Source of the DNA: Dehalococcoidia bacterium
GTDB lineage: Bacteria; Chloroflexota; Dehalococcoidia; UBA2979
Assembly (NCBI GenBank): GCA_965262725.1
Contig: OZ253555.1
Span: forward strand, 832,001-896,000
DNA: 64,000 nt
Direction of reading: 5' to 3'
Shown: positions 30,773 to 39,730 of the stretch, piece by piece
Numbering within the stretch: position 1 is the first letter of the stretch
How the letters are laid out: each line of letters begins with the position of its first letter
Translations under genes and position numbers: made by a program
Notes under the pieces: model-generated
Database searches by the model: none
What the model was told of the DNA's origin: nothing
Seen by the model: only the letters and a program-made list of their open reading frames with translations

Positions 30773-33220
30773 CTACGTCGCCTCGGCCTCCTCCGGCGTG
30801 ATGTCGAGGGCGGCGATCGCCTCCGTCACCTCGGTGCGGACGCTCTCGATCTCCTCCGGCTCCGTGATACGCCGGCCGTTCTCGCTCTGCACGTAGAAGG
30901 TGTCGACGACCTCCGCGCCCCACGTGTCGACCTTGGCGAGGTAGATGTCCAGCGCGAGGCGGTTGAGCGCGCGCGCGATGGCGTAAAGGATCCCGGGCCG
31001 GTCGGCGACGCTGACCTCAACGATCGAATAGCGATCCGATCCTGTGTTGTCGACGCGGACGGTCGTCGCGATGCGGGGTGCGGCGGACTCATGAACGCGG
31101 CGCGCCTCCCCGTTCCGCGTGCGCGGGCGGTCCCCGTAGGTGGCTCGTGTCTGAATGAGCCTCTGCTCGATCGGGAATCGGCCAGCGAGCGCGAGCGGGA
31201 TGTTCCGCTCGATACGCTTCCAGCGCTCCGCGTCGATGCCGTGTCCGAGCGCGTCGTCGACGCTGACGACGTCGATGGCCCACCCGTCCTCCCGCGTGTA
31301 GCAGGCGCCGCCGAGCACCGTCGCGCTGTGCGCCGCTAGCGCGCCGGCGAGCGTGGCGAGAACGCCCGGGCGGTCGCGCGTGACGATGGTGAGGCGCTCG
31401 ACGCCTGCGGTGCGGCTCCGCGTGAGGGCGGTGTTGGTGGTTGCCGCCGCCGCGTTGTCGATCAGCGCGAGATGCGCGGCAATCTCGGCCGGCGGCGTAG
31501 TGAGGTACGGCGGCGGGAGCGCGTCGACGTGACGGCGCACGACCTCGCGCATCGGTCCGCCGTCCAGCGCCGCCACCGCCGCGATCGTCGCATCGCGGCG
31601 GGCCAGCTCGGCGTCGCCTGCGGCCTCCTCCCCTTCCCCCGCCTCGATTCGCGCCAGCACGCGGTGGTAGAGCAGCCGCATCAGCTGCGCCTTCCACTGT
31701 CCCCACGCCTCGGGCCCGGTCGCGCGGGCGTCGGCGACCGCGAGCACGTAGAGCAGGTGGAGCGTGCGAGCGTCGCCGACCGTCCGCGCCACCTCCGCGA
31801 TCACGCGGGCGTCGGCGATGTCGCGGCGTGTGGCGATGGTGGGGAGCAGTAGATGGTGGCGTACCGCCGCGATCAGCCGCCGGCTGCGCTCCGCGTCGAG
31901 CCGCAGTCGTCGGGCGACGCGTTCGGCGATCGTGGCGCCGGCCTCGGCGTGATCGCCGACGTCGCCCTTCCCGATGTCGTGGAGCAGCGCGGCGAGCAGC
32001 AGCAGCTCCATGTCGTCGAGGGCGGCGGCCGCCGCGACGGTTCCCGTGTCCTCTTCCTCGATGCGCGCGGCTCGCGAGGCCTCGGCCACCGAGCACGCCG
32101 CGTGGACGTCGACCGGGTAGAGATGGAAGGAGACGGTGTGCTGCTGGCATCTCAGCTCCTCCCACTCCGGCAGGAGCTCCGCGAGCCACGCCGCGGGAGG
32201 AAGCGGATCGAGGGGCGGCGGCGAGTGGCCTTCGTCGCCGGCGTCTCCTCCCGCGTCGCCGAGCGCGGCGAGCGCGGCCGCGAGCTGCCCGGGGGCGTCG
32301 CCGTGCACATCCCCCGCGTCGGCGGGAAGCGGGCGGTCGCCCCCGCCCCCCCTCTCGCCCCGGAGTGCGCCCAGCCAGCGCCTCAGCATGGGAGTCCGCC
32401 CGGAAGTCACGCGGTCGAGGCGGCCGTCGGCGGCGGCATCGACCGTGCGCATCGCGCCGAGCAGGCGGACACACCACGCTGCGCTCTCCTCGCCGAGCCA
32501 TCCGGCCACTGCCGGCGCGAGGTCGTGGTAGACCCGGTCGGTCGGGCGATCGCTCAGGGCGTGCAGCGCCGTGCGCGTCGCGAGCAGCGTCTCGCGAGCC
32601 GCATCATCTCCGCGCGCGATCGCCTCCAGGGCGTCGAGCCACCGGGGCGCGTGCAGATCGCGCAGGCCGCCGCGGCCCGTCTTGAGCTGGGGCGAGGCGA
32701 GCTGCCATCTCTCGGCCGTGACCCGCTCGCGCCGCCGTGCGGCGAGTTCGTCCGCAAGCCAGTGCCCCTGCCGCCTCGCGAGCGCGCGGTGCGCCTCCAG
32801 GAAGCGGGCGAAGAGCGCGGCGTTGCCGGCGACGAGCCGCGCGTCGATCAGGGCCGTCGCCGTCTCGACGCTCTGCATCGCGGCGTCGAGCGCCTGGTCG
32901 ACGTCGCGGACGGAGTGGCCGAGGCTGAGCTTCGCGTCCCAGAGCGGGTAGAGGAGGGCGGTCGCTGCCTCGTGGCTCTCCCTCTCCGCGAGCAGCATCA
33001 GGTCGACGTCCGAGTGCCGGCATAGCTCACGCCGCCCGTAGCCCCCGACGGCGATCACCGCGACGTCGGGACCGACCCGCGACGAGGCCAGCTCGGAAAG
33101 GGCTGCGTCGAGGAGCGCGGTGAGCTCGGCGCAGGCCTGGCTCCCCGCCTCGCTCGCCTGCCGCGGCGCCCGCTCCTCACGCGCCTTCAGGAAGCGCGTG
33201 AGCGCGACCGTGTCACTCAT
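30773..33220 (-). CDS. glnD: GlnD-type PII nucleotidyltransferase/removing enzyme
   Basis: GGYGR..L...SDVDL, KTGRGGLRD, H.YPVD.H, LLHDIGKG, two ACT domains (DRPG); follows amtB-glnK. Confidence 0.9.
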   Translation of the reverse strand: MSDTVALTRFLKAREERAPRQASEAGSQACAELTALLDAALSELASSRVGPDVAVIAVGGYGRRELCRHSDVDLMLLAERESHEAATALLYPLWDAKLSLGHSVRDVDQALDAAMQSVETATALIDARLVAGNAALFARFLEAHRALARRQGHWLADELAARRRERVTAERWQLASPQLKTGRGGLRDLHAPRWLDALEAIARGDDAARETLLATRTALHALSDRPTDRVYHDLAPAVAGWLGEESAAWCVRLLGAMRTVDAAADGRLDRVTSGRTPMLRRWLGALRGERGGGGDRPLPADAGDVHGDAPGQLAAALAALGDAGGDAGDEGHSPPPLDPLPPAAWLAELLPEWEELRCQQHTVSFHLYPVDVHAACSVAEASRAARIEEEDTGTVAAAAALDDMELLLLAALLHDIGKGDVGDHAEAGATIAERVARRLRLDAERSRRLIAAVRHHLLLPTIATRRDIADARVIAEVARTVGDARTLHLLYVLAVADARATGPEAWGQWKAQLMRLLYHRVLARIEAGEGEEAAGDAELARRDATIAAVAALDGGPMREVVRRHVDALPPPYLTTPPAEIAAHLALIDNAAAATTNTALTRSRTAGVERLTIVTRDRPGVLATLAGALAAHSATVLGGACYTREDGWAIDVVSVDDALGHGIDAERWKRIERNIPLALAGRFPIEQRLIQTRATYGDRPRTRNGEARRVHESAAPRIATTVRVDNTGSDRYSIVEVSVADRPGILYAIARALNRLALDIYLAKVDTWGAEVVDTFYVQSENGRRITEPEEIESVRTEVTEAIAALDITPEEAEAT

Positions 33221-33341
33221 CGGCGCTCCGATCGAGCCGCGCGCTCGCTGACGCGGAGCGGCGCCGCTCGTCCCCGTGCGGGAACTCCGCGGCGCCGCCA
33301 CGTACGCCCGGTCGCCGTGCCGTGCACGGCGCGACCCTCCG

Positions 33342-33680
33342 TCAGAGGGCGTCCTCGCCGCGCTCGCCCGTGCGGATGCGGATGACGTCCTCGACGGGGA
33401 GCACGGCGATCTTGCCGTCTCCAACCGAGCCGGTGCGCGCGGTCTGCTCGACCGTCGAGATCACGGTGGGCGCGAGCGTCTCGTCGACGAGTACCTCGAT
33501 CCGCACCTTCGGCACGAACTCGACATCGTACTCGGCGCCCCGGTAGATCTCCCGGTGTCCGCCCTGCCGCCCGAATCCCTGGATCGTCGCGATCGAGAGC
33601 CCCGTGACGCCCGCTTCCTTGAGCGCGTCACGCACCTCGTCCAGCTTGTAGGGGTTGATGTAGGCGATGATCATCTTCAC
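33342..33680 (-). CDS. glnK: Nitrogen regulatory protein P-II
   Basis: GFGRQGG..EIYRGAEY (Tyr51), TGSVGDGKI and IRIRTGE. Confidence 0.96.
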   Translation of the reverse strand: MKMIIAYINPYKLDEVRDALKEAGVTGLSIATIQGFGRQGGHREIYRGAEYDVEFVPKVRIEVLVDETLAPTVISTVEQTARTGSVGDGKIAVLPVEDVIRIRTGERGEDAL

Positions 33681-33737
33681 TTGCGTGCCCCGTTTCCTCG
33701 TCCTCGCCGGCCCACCTGTTGCTCCGTGCCGCGAACG

Positions 33738-34949
33738 CTAGTCGGAGAGCACATACGCCTGCTCGTCGTGCAGCGACAGGTCCAGACCTCTCCGCTCTTC
33801 CTCCTCGGTGACGCGGAGGCCGATCGTCGCCTTGATGATGCGGAGCAGCGCGTAGGAGACGACGAAGGAGTACACGACGGCGATGACCACGGAGGCCGCT
33901 TGGCGCAGCAGCTGGTCGAATCCGCCCGCGACCCCGCCGATGTCGGCGTCGGCGAGCACGCCCAGGAGGATCGAGCCGACGATGCCTCCCACGAGGTGCA
34001 CAGCCACGACGTCGAGCGAGTCGTCGAAGCCGAAGCGGAACTTGATCCGCAGCGCCCAGTAGCAGCCCGCGCCAGCCGCGATCCCGATCAGGATCGCCGC
34101 CAGCGGGCCGACGAAGCCGGCGGCCGGGGTGATCGCGACGAGGCCGGCGACCGCGCCCGAGGCGACGCCGAGCGTGGTCGGCTTCCCGGAGGTCAGCCAC
34201 TCCACGATGATCCACGTGGTGGCGGCGACGGCCGCCGCGACCTGCGTCGTCACGAACGCGTTCGCGGCGGCGCCGTCGGCGGCGAGCGCCGAGCCGGCGT
34301 TGAAGCCAAACCAGCCGAACCAGAGGATCCCCGTTCCGAGCAAGGTCAGGGGCAGAGCGTGCGGGCGCATCAGGTCGCGGGGGAAGCCGATTCGCGGTCC
34401 GAGCACAAGGACCGCGGCGAGCGCGGCCGCCCCGGCGTTGATGTGCACGACCAGGCCGCCGGCGAAGTCGATGGCCCCGAGGTCGCCGCCGATGATGCCG
34501 CCGCCCCAGACCCAGTGCGCCATCGGCGCGTAGACGACCACCGACCACACGGCGATGAAGATCATCCAGGCCGAGAGTTTCATGCGCCCGGCGACGGCTC
34601 CCGAGATCAGGGCGGGCGTGATGATGGCGAACATCATCTGGAACGCCATGAACAGCATGTCCGGGATGTCGTAGCCGTGGATCGAATTCCCCGAGCCGAC
34701 CTTCTCGAGACCGATGTAGTCGAGCGCGCCGAAGAGCCCCCAGCCCCCGACGGAGGGACCGAAGGCGACCGTGTATCCGATCACGATCCACGTCACCGTG
34801 ACGATGCCCATCGCCACGAAGTTGTTCATCAGCATCGCGAGCGCGTTCCGCACTCGCACCATGCCGCCGTAGAACAGTGCCAGTCCCGGCGTCATGAACA
34901 GCACCAGAGCGGAGCTGGTGAGCACCCAAGCGGTGGCGCCCGAGTCCAT
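33738..34949 (-). CDS. amtB: Ammonium transporter
   Basis: MTPGLALFYGG, FQMMFAIIT, DFAGGLVVH, WFGWFGFN and DDSLDV..VH. Confidence 0.97.
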   Translation of the reverse strand: MDSGATAWVLTSSALVLFMTPGLALFYGGMVRVRNALAMLMNNFVAMGIVTVTWIVIGYTVAFGPSVGGWGLFGALDYIGLEKVGSGNSIHGYDIPDMLFMAFQMMFAIITPALISGAVAGRMKLSAWMIFIAVWSVVVYAPMAHWVWGGGIIGGDLGAIDFAGGLVVHINAGAAALAAVLVLGPRIGFPRDLMRPHALPLTLLGTGILWFGWFGFNAGSALAADGAAANAFVTTQVAAAVAATTWIIVEWLTSGKPTTLGVASGAVAGLVAITPAAGFVGPLAAILIGIAAGAGCYWALRIKFRFGFDDSLDVVAVHLVGGIVGSILLGVLADADIGGVAGGFDQLLRQAASVVIAVVYSFVVSYALLRIIKATIGLRVTEEEERRGLDLSLHDEQAYVLSD

Positions 34950-35058
34950 GGCTTCTCCTTCCGGGCGTCTCTCCCCCCGGGTTCGGTCGCCGATGACCTC
35001 ACCCGGCTGGCCCGAGCAATGTCGGATCCGATGCCCGGCCCGAGCATGGCAGCGCGAT

Positions 35059-35118
35059 GTTTCCCGTGCTTTGCGCATGTGTTTCAAAGAGGTTGCATCG
35101 TGATTGCCATCGCGTTTC
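35059..35118 (-). promoter_or_regulatory. Array of six 11-bp-phased G(A/C)AA(C/A/T) half-sites (GlnR-box-like)
   Basis: Minus strand reads GAAAC-n6-GCAAT-n6-GCAAC-n6-GAAAC-n6-GCAAA-n6-GAAAC, followed by a CATGCT -10 at 35043-48, upstream of amtB. Confidence 0.7.
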
Positions 35119-35221
35119 TCCCGATGACGCCGACCTCCGGAACGCTCCCCGCGTCCCCGCCGGGCGCCCCCGGCGCGCAGGCGCTAGAATCGGGCACGTC
35201 TCCCCACGGGACGGAATACGC

Positions 35222-36286
35222 ATGACCGCGCCGCCTCCGGGCGCCGGGAAACGCACGCCCAGCCCCGGCACGGCGGCGGCGTCTGCGGGCACGCAGGCGC
35301 CGGACGCCCGGGGCGCCCGCAACGCGACACGTGCAGTCCTGCGCCCCTCCCTGCGCCCCTTCCTCAAGTGGGCGGGGGGGAAGGGCCAGCTCCGCCGTGA
35401 GCTGCTGAGCCGCGTTCCCGGGGAGATCGGCTGCTACTTCGAGCCGATGGTCGGCGGGGGTGCGCTCTTCTTCGCGCTGGCGGGGAGCGAGGATCGCCCA
35501 ATCGGGCGCGTCGTCCTCAACGATGCGAACGAGGAGCTAATGGCCGCCTACGGTGTCGTCCGGAACCGTGTGGAGCCCCTGATCGAGCGACTCGGTGCGT
35601 ACGCGTGCGACTACCTGCAGGGGGACGTCGAGGAGCGCGATCGCTACTACTATGACGTGCGGGCCTCCGCGCCCGCGGACGAGCTGGAACGCGCGGCGCG
35701 GATGCTCTTCCTCAACCGCACCTGCTACAACGGCCTCTACCGCGTGAACCGCTCCGGGCAGTTCAACGTGCCGCACGGGCGGTACGCGCGGCCGCGGATC
35801 CTCGACGAAGAAGCCCTCAGGAGCGCCTCCCGCGCACTGGCGGAGGTCGAGCTGCGCTCGGGCGACGTCGCCGATTCCTGCGCCGATGCGGAAGCGGGCG
35901 ACTTCGTCTACCTCGACCCGCCCTTCTTCCCGCTCAACCCGACGTCGAACTTCACCGACTACACGATGGCCAGGTTCGGCGTCGCCGAGCAGCGCCAGCT
36001 GCGCTGGCTCATAGACGACCTGACCGAGCGCGGGGTGCTCGTCATGCTCTCGAACTCGGATGTCGACTGGGTGCACGCCGCGTACGAGACGGCCCGCTAC
36101 GCGGTCGGCGACTCGGCCGGGGGGCGGAGGGGCCCCGCGGGCGCGGAGTACGCGCACCACCGTATCGACTCGGTGCCGGCGCGGCGCATGATCAACTCCC
36201 GGGGCGATCGGCGGTCGGCGATCGCGGAGCTCGTCGTGATGAACCCGCCCTTGGTCGAGGCGCTTGAGCGCGGCGCGGCGTCCTAG
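35222..36286 (+). CDS. Dam-family (alpha class) N6-adenine DNA methyltransferase
   Basis: FLKWAGGK, EPMVGGG, LNRTCYNGLYRVN..GQFNVP.GRY, YLDPPF and LSNS. Confidence 0.92.
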   Translation: MTAPPPGAGKRTPSPGTAAASAGTQAPDARGARNATRAVLRPSLRPFLKWAGGKGQLRRELLSRVPGEIGCYFEPMVGGGALFFALAGSEDRPIGRVVLNDANEELMAAYGVVRNRVEPLIERLGAYACDYLQGDVEERDRYYYDVRASAPADELERAARMLFLNRTCYNGLYRVNRSGQFNVPHGRYARPRILDEEALRSASRALAEVELRSGDVADSCADAEAGDFVYLDPPFFPLNPTSNFTDYTMARFGVAEQRQLRWLIDDLTERGVLVMLSNSDVDWVHAAYETARYAVGDSAGGRRGPAGAEYAHHRIDSVPARRMINSRGDRRSAIAELVVMNPPLVEALERGAAS

Positions 36287-36320
36287 GGCCCGGACCGTGC
36301 GTCGGCGCTCCTACCCTTGC

Positions 36321-36716
36321 CTACTCTCCGATCAGGAAGTAGAGGCGCAGCCACGCCTCGAGATCGGGGAGCTCCACGCCCTTGCCGGTGGAGAGGATGT
36401 AGTAGCGGATGTGATCCGTGAATCCGGCCCCGGCGAAGCAAATCAGCCCGTCGATGGGCCAGGCGGCGATGTCTTGGATCGTCGCGGGGATCTTCTCCTC
36501 CGCGGTGCCCTTGCTGTTCTGGAACTTGCACTCGATGCCGAGCGCGCGGCGGCTCTCGCGATCGGTCAGCACCACGTCGATCCTGCGGCGGGCGCCCCAG
36601 ATGCGGCGTCCGACGGGGAGCTGCCGCCGAACCTCCAGGCCCAGCCTCGCCCCGAGATCGGCGCAGTGATCCTCCAGCTCGCGCGCGTTCGTAGGCTCGG
36701 GATGCGGACCCCGCAC
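36321..36716 (-). CDS. Small PD-(D/E)XK-superfamily nuclease
   Basis: RIDVV...IECKFQ...GTAEEKIP; 131 aa; convergent with the methylase. Confidence 0.75.
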   Translation of the reverse strand: MRGPHPEPTNARELEDHCADLGARLGLEVRRQLPVGRRIWGARRRIDVVLTDRESRRALGIECKFQNSKGTAEEKIPATIQDIAAWPIDGLICFAGAGFTDHIRYYILSTGKGVELPDLEAWLRLYFLIGE

Positions 36717-36737
36717 GCCGGCCCCCCGCCAGCGCCT

Positions 36738-37517
36738 CTAGCCCGCCCCGGGCGCCGGGACCAGATCGCGCAGCGACGCGATCTCGGCGGCGCCCGTGCG
36801 CAGGAAGCGGCTGTCGGCGCCGAGCATCACCATCTGGAAGCCGTCCTCGATGTAGCGGCGCGAGTACGTGGCGCTATGCGTGTGGATGCCGGGTGTGACG
36901 CCGTGGCGCCGGCACGCCTCCAGGACCGCCGCGACGGCCGCGACGTGCCTGGGGTCGGCATTGTCGCCGGTCGGCTGGATCCCGAGCGCGTAGGCGAGGT
37001 CCGACGGCCCGACGTATGCGGCGTCCACGCCCGGCGTCGCGAGGATCGCATCGAGGTTCACGAGCGCCTCGGCAGTCTCGATCATCACCACGCAGGCGAC
37101 CTCCGCGTTTGCGTGCTCGGCGTAGCCGTCGCCGCCGTAGAGGGAACCGCGCGCGGCGCCGGAGGAGCGGATCCCGTCCGGCGGGTAGCGACAGGCGGCG
37201 ACGGCTCGCTCTGCCTCCGCCGCGGTCGAGACCAGGGGCACGATCACGCCGTAGGCGCCCGCGTCGAGCGCCTGCATGATCGGCGCCGGATCGTTCCACG
37301 GCACGCGCACGAGCGGGACGACGTCGGTGGTCGAGATGGCCTGCAGCATGGTGACGCCGTCGCCGAAGTCGATGAGGCCGTGCTGCATGTCGACGCAGAG
37401 CCAGTCGAAGCCTTGATGGGCCATCAACTCCGCCGAGAACGCGGAATCGATGGTGAGCCAGCCACCCAGGGTGGCGCGGCCGTCGCGCCAGGCAGCCTTC
37501 AGGTGGTTCGGTCGGAT
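36738..37517 (-). CDS. HpcH/HpaI aldolase family protein
   Basis: GFDWLCVDMQHG, LVRVP, ALDAGA, RYPPDGIRS, MIET and GPSDL. Start uncertain (ATC 37517 or ATG 37571). Confidence 0.92.
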   Translation of the reverse strand: MRPNHLKAAWRDGRATLGGWLTIDSAFSAELMAHQGFDWLCVDMQHGLIDFGDGVTMLQAISTTDVVPLVRVPWNDPAPIMQALDAGAYGVIVPLVSTAAEAERAVAACRYPPDGIRSSGAARGSLYGGDGYAEHANAEVACVVMIETAEALVNLDAILATPGVDAAYVGPSDLAYALGIQPTGDNADPRHVAAVAAVLEACRRHGVTPGIHTHSATYSRRYIEDGFQMVMLGADSRFLRTGAAEIASLRDLVPAPGAG

Positions 37518-37644
37518 GGGTGCTCGCCCCTTTCGCTCGCGGTCGCCCGCCTCGGCCGTCTGCGGGAGCATCGACAGGGGGCGCCCCTCTGTCAATCGAA
37601 GGCGGGCGCGGGCGCGCCGCCGCCGGGGGAGGGGAGGACCACTA

Positions 37645-38238
37645 GTGACGACCACTGAGACGATCCTCGAGACCGGGATCGGGCCGCTCTTCATCGGGGC
37701 GTCGGGCGCGGGCCTGCACCGCGTCGACTTCGTCCGCGAGGGACGGGACAGGGCGTGGCTCGACGCCGCCCTCCAGCGCGACGCCGCCCATGCCGCTGGC
37801 GGCGCGGGCGCCGCCGCCAGCGCGATCGTCGGCGAGGCGGCGCGGTGTCTTGACGCCTATTTCGCGGGTCGTCCCGTCGACTTCGCGCTGCCTCTCGCAC
37901 CGCGAGGGACGGCGTTCCAGCTCGCCGTGTGGTCGGCGCTGCGTGCAATCCCCGCCGGCGAGACCCGGAGCTACGCGCAGGTCGCCTCCGCGGTCGGCCG
38001 CCCGGCCGCCGTGCGCGCGGTGGGGCAGGCCGTGGGCCGCAACCCGATCGCCGTTATCGTCCCCTGCCACCGCGTCGTGGGTTCGGACGGCTCGCTCACC
38101 GGGTATGCGGGCGGGATGGAGCGCAAGCGGTGGCTGCTCGCGCGGGAGGCGGGGGCGAGCAGCGAGACGAACCGGCCCACCGAGGCCAGCGTCCGAGTCC
38201 CCGCCTCCGGGCCCGCTGGACCCCCGGCGGGCGCCTGA
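37645..38238 (+). CDS. ogt: Methylated-DNA-[protein]-cysteine S-methyltransferase
   Basis: GTAFQ..VW..L..IP.GETRSY, RAVG, PCHRV and LTGYAGG. Confidence 0.93.
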   Translation: MTTTETILETGIGPLFIGASGAGLHRVDFVREGRDRAWLDAALQRDAAHAAGGAGAAASAIVGEAARCLDAYFAGRPVDFALPLAPRGTAFQLAVWSALRAIPAGETRSYAQVASAVGRPAAVRAVGQAVGRNPIAVIVPCHRVVGSDGSLTGYAGGMERKRWLLAREAGASSETNRPTEASVRVPASGPAGPPAGA

Positions 38239-38398
38239 GGTTCATTCAGCGTGGGTACGACCGCCTGTCAACGAGGACGGGGCGTGCCGCTGACGGGCCC
38301 GGCCGGGGGCGCTCGCGTCGGGGGCGCGTGGTCCCGATAATCGCCGCTCGGGGGGCGCTTCGCACCGGCCGCGCGCGGGCTCTGCTAGCCCCGGGCGC

Positions 38399-39685
38399 AT
38401 GAGCCGACGAGGACCGCGGATCAACGGAGGCACGATGGAGCGTCGCGTCGTGATCGCGGCCATCGTCGCGCATGCCATGACCCACGGGATGGAAGTGGCG
38501 TTCGCCGCGCTGCTCCTGCGCATAGGCGCCGAGTTCGGCGCTGGTCTCGCGGCGCTCGGGGTCGTCGCGAACGCCGGGACGATCACCTTCGGAAGCACCG
38601 CGATTCCCGCGGGCTACCTCTCCGACCGCTACGGCGAGCGCGCGGTGATCTCCTTCGCGATGGCCGGCGGAGCCGGCCTCTGCGTTCTCGCGGCGGCGGC
38701 GCCGAACCTGACGCTGCTCGCGGTGGCCCTCGCCCTGCTGGGCGCGGCCATCGGGCTTTACCACCCGCCCGGTACGGCGATGGTGGCGACGCTCGCGGAG
38801 CGCCGGGGCCGCGCGCTCGCCCGCCACGGGGTCGGCGGCAATATCGGACTCGGTGTCGCGCCGGCGCTCGTGACGGTCGTCGCGATCGCGGCCGACTGGC
38901 GCGCCGCCTATCTCGTGCTCGGCGCGCTCGCGCTGATCGCGGCCGTCGTCGTGTGGCGACTCGTGCCGGGTCGTGACGAGGCGGAGCGGGAGCGACGCCG
39001 GCTGCGTGCTCGCGAGCTGACCGATCCGCGCCGCCGCGCTGGCTCGACCCCGCCTCGCGAGCGTTCCTGGATGATGCCGTCTCTGCTCCTGGTCTACTTC
39101 GCCGCCGTGGGGCAGGGCTTCGTTTACCGCGGCGCGATCACATTCCTCCCGGCGCACCTCGAGCAGAACCTCAGGCTCTCGGTTTTGGGTTGGGACGCCG
39201 AGGCGATGGCCGGGGCCACCACGACGCTCGTTCTCCTCATCGGCATCGGCGGACAACTCATGGGTGGGCGGCTGATCGACCGCATGTTGGCCGAGCGCGC
39301 CGCCCTCCTGTTCACCGTGGCGCTTGTTCCGGCCCTGCTGCTGATGGCGCCCGCGACGGGATGGTGGCTGGTGCTCGCGTCGATCGGCTTCGTGCTCGCG
39401 AACTGGGGCCAGCAGCCGGTCTTCAACTCGCTGATGGCCGACTACGCCCCCGGGGGGGCGCTCGGCCGGGCCTTCGGGTTCCAGTTCTTCATGGCCTTCG
39501 GGCTCGGCTCTGTCTCGGGCTCGTTGTCGGGGATCGTCGCCGAGCGCGCCGGCACTGGGGCCGCCTTTGTTCTGCTGGGCGCTGCCGCCCTGGCGATGCT
39601 GGTCGCCCTCGCCCTCGTACTCGCGGGCTCGGAGCGGCGCCGCTCCAAGAGCGCGTCGGCGCTCGCCGCGCAGGAGGGTGCCTAG
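38399..39685 (+). CDS. MFS transporter
   Basis: About 12 TM helices, GYLSDRYGER motif A, YHPPG. Confidence 0.88.
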   Translation: MSRRGPRINGGTMERRVVIAAIVAHAMTHGMEVAFAALLLRIGAEFGAGLAALGVVANAGTITFGSTAIPAGYLSDRYGERAVISFAMAGGAGLCVLAAAAPNLTLLAVALALLGAAIGLYHPPGTAMVATLAERRGRALARHGVGGNIGLGVAPALVTVVAIAADWRAAYLVLGALALIAAVVVWRLVPGRDEAERERRRLRARELTDPRRRAGSTPPRERSWMMPSLLLVYFAAVGQGFVYRGAITFLPAHLEQNLRLSVLGWDAEAMAGATTTLVLLIGIGGQLMGGRLIDRMLAERAALLFTVALVPALLLMAPATGWWLVLASIGFVLANWGQQPVFNSLMADYAPGGALGRAFGFQFFMAFGLGSVSGSLSGIVAERAGTGAAFVLLGAAALAMLVALALVLAGSERRRSKSASALAAQEGA

Positions 39686-39730
39686 CCGCGCGTCGTGTGG
39701 TGAGTGGGGCCGTCGGCCGGTCGGGTGCCC

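Noticed and set aside
33221-33424. N-terminal extension of GlnD in the ORF track
   Set aside because: It overlaps glnK and is low-complexity; ATG 33220 is the more plausible start.
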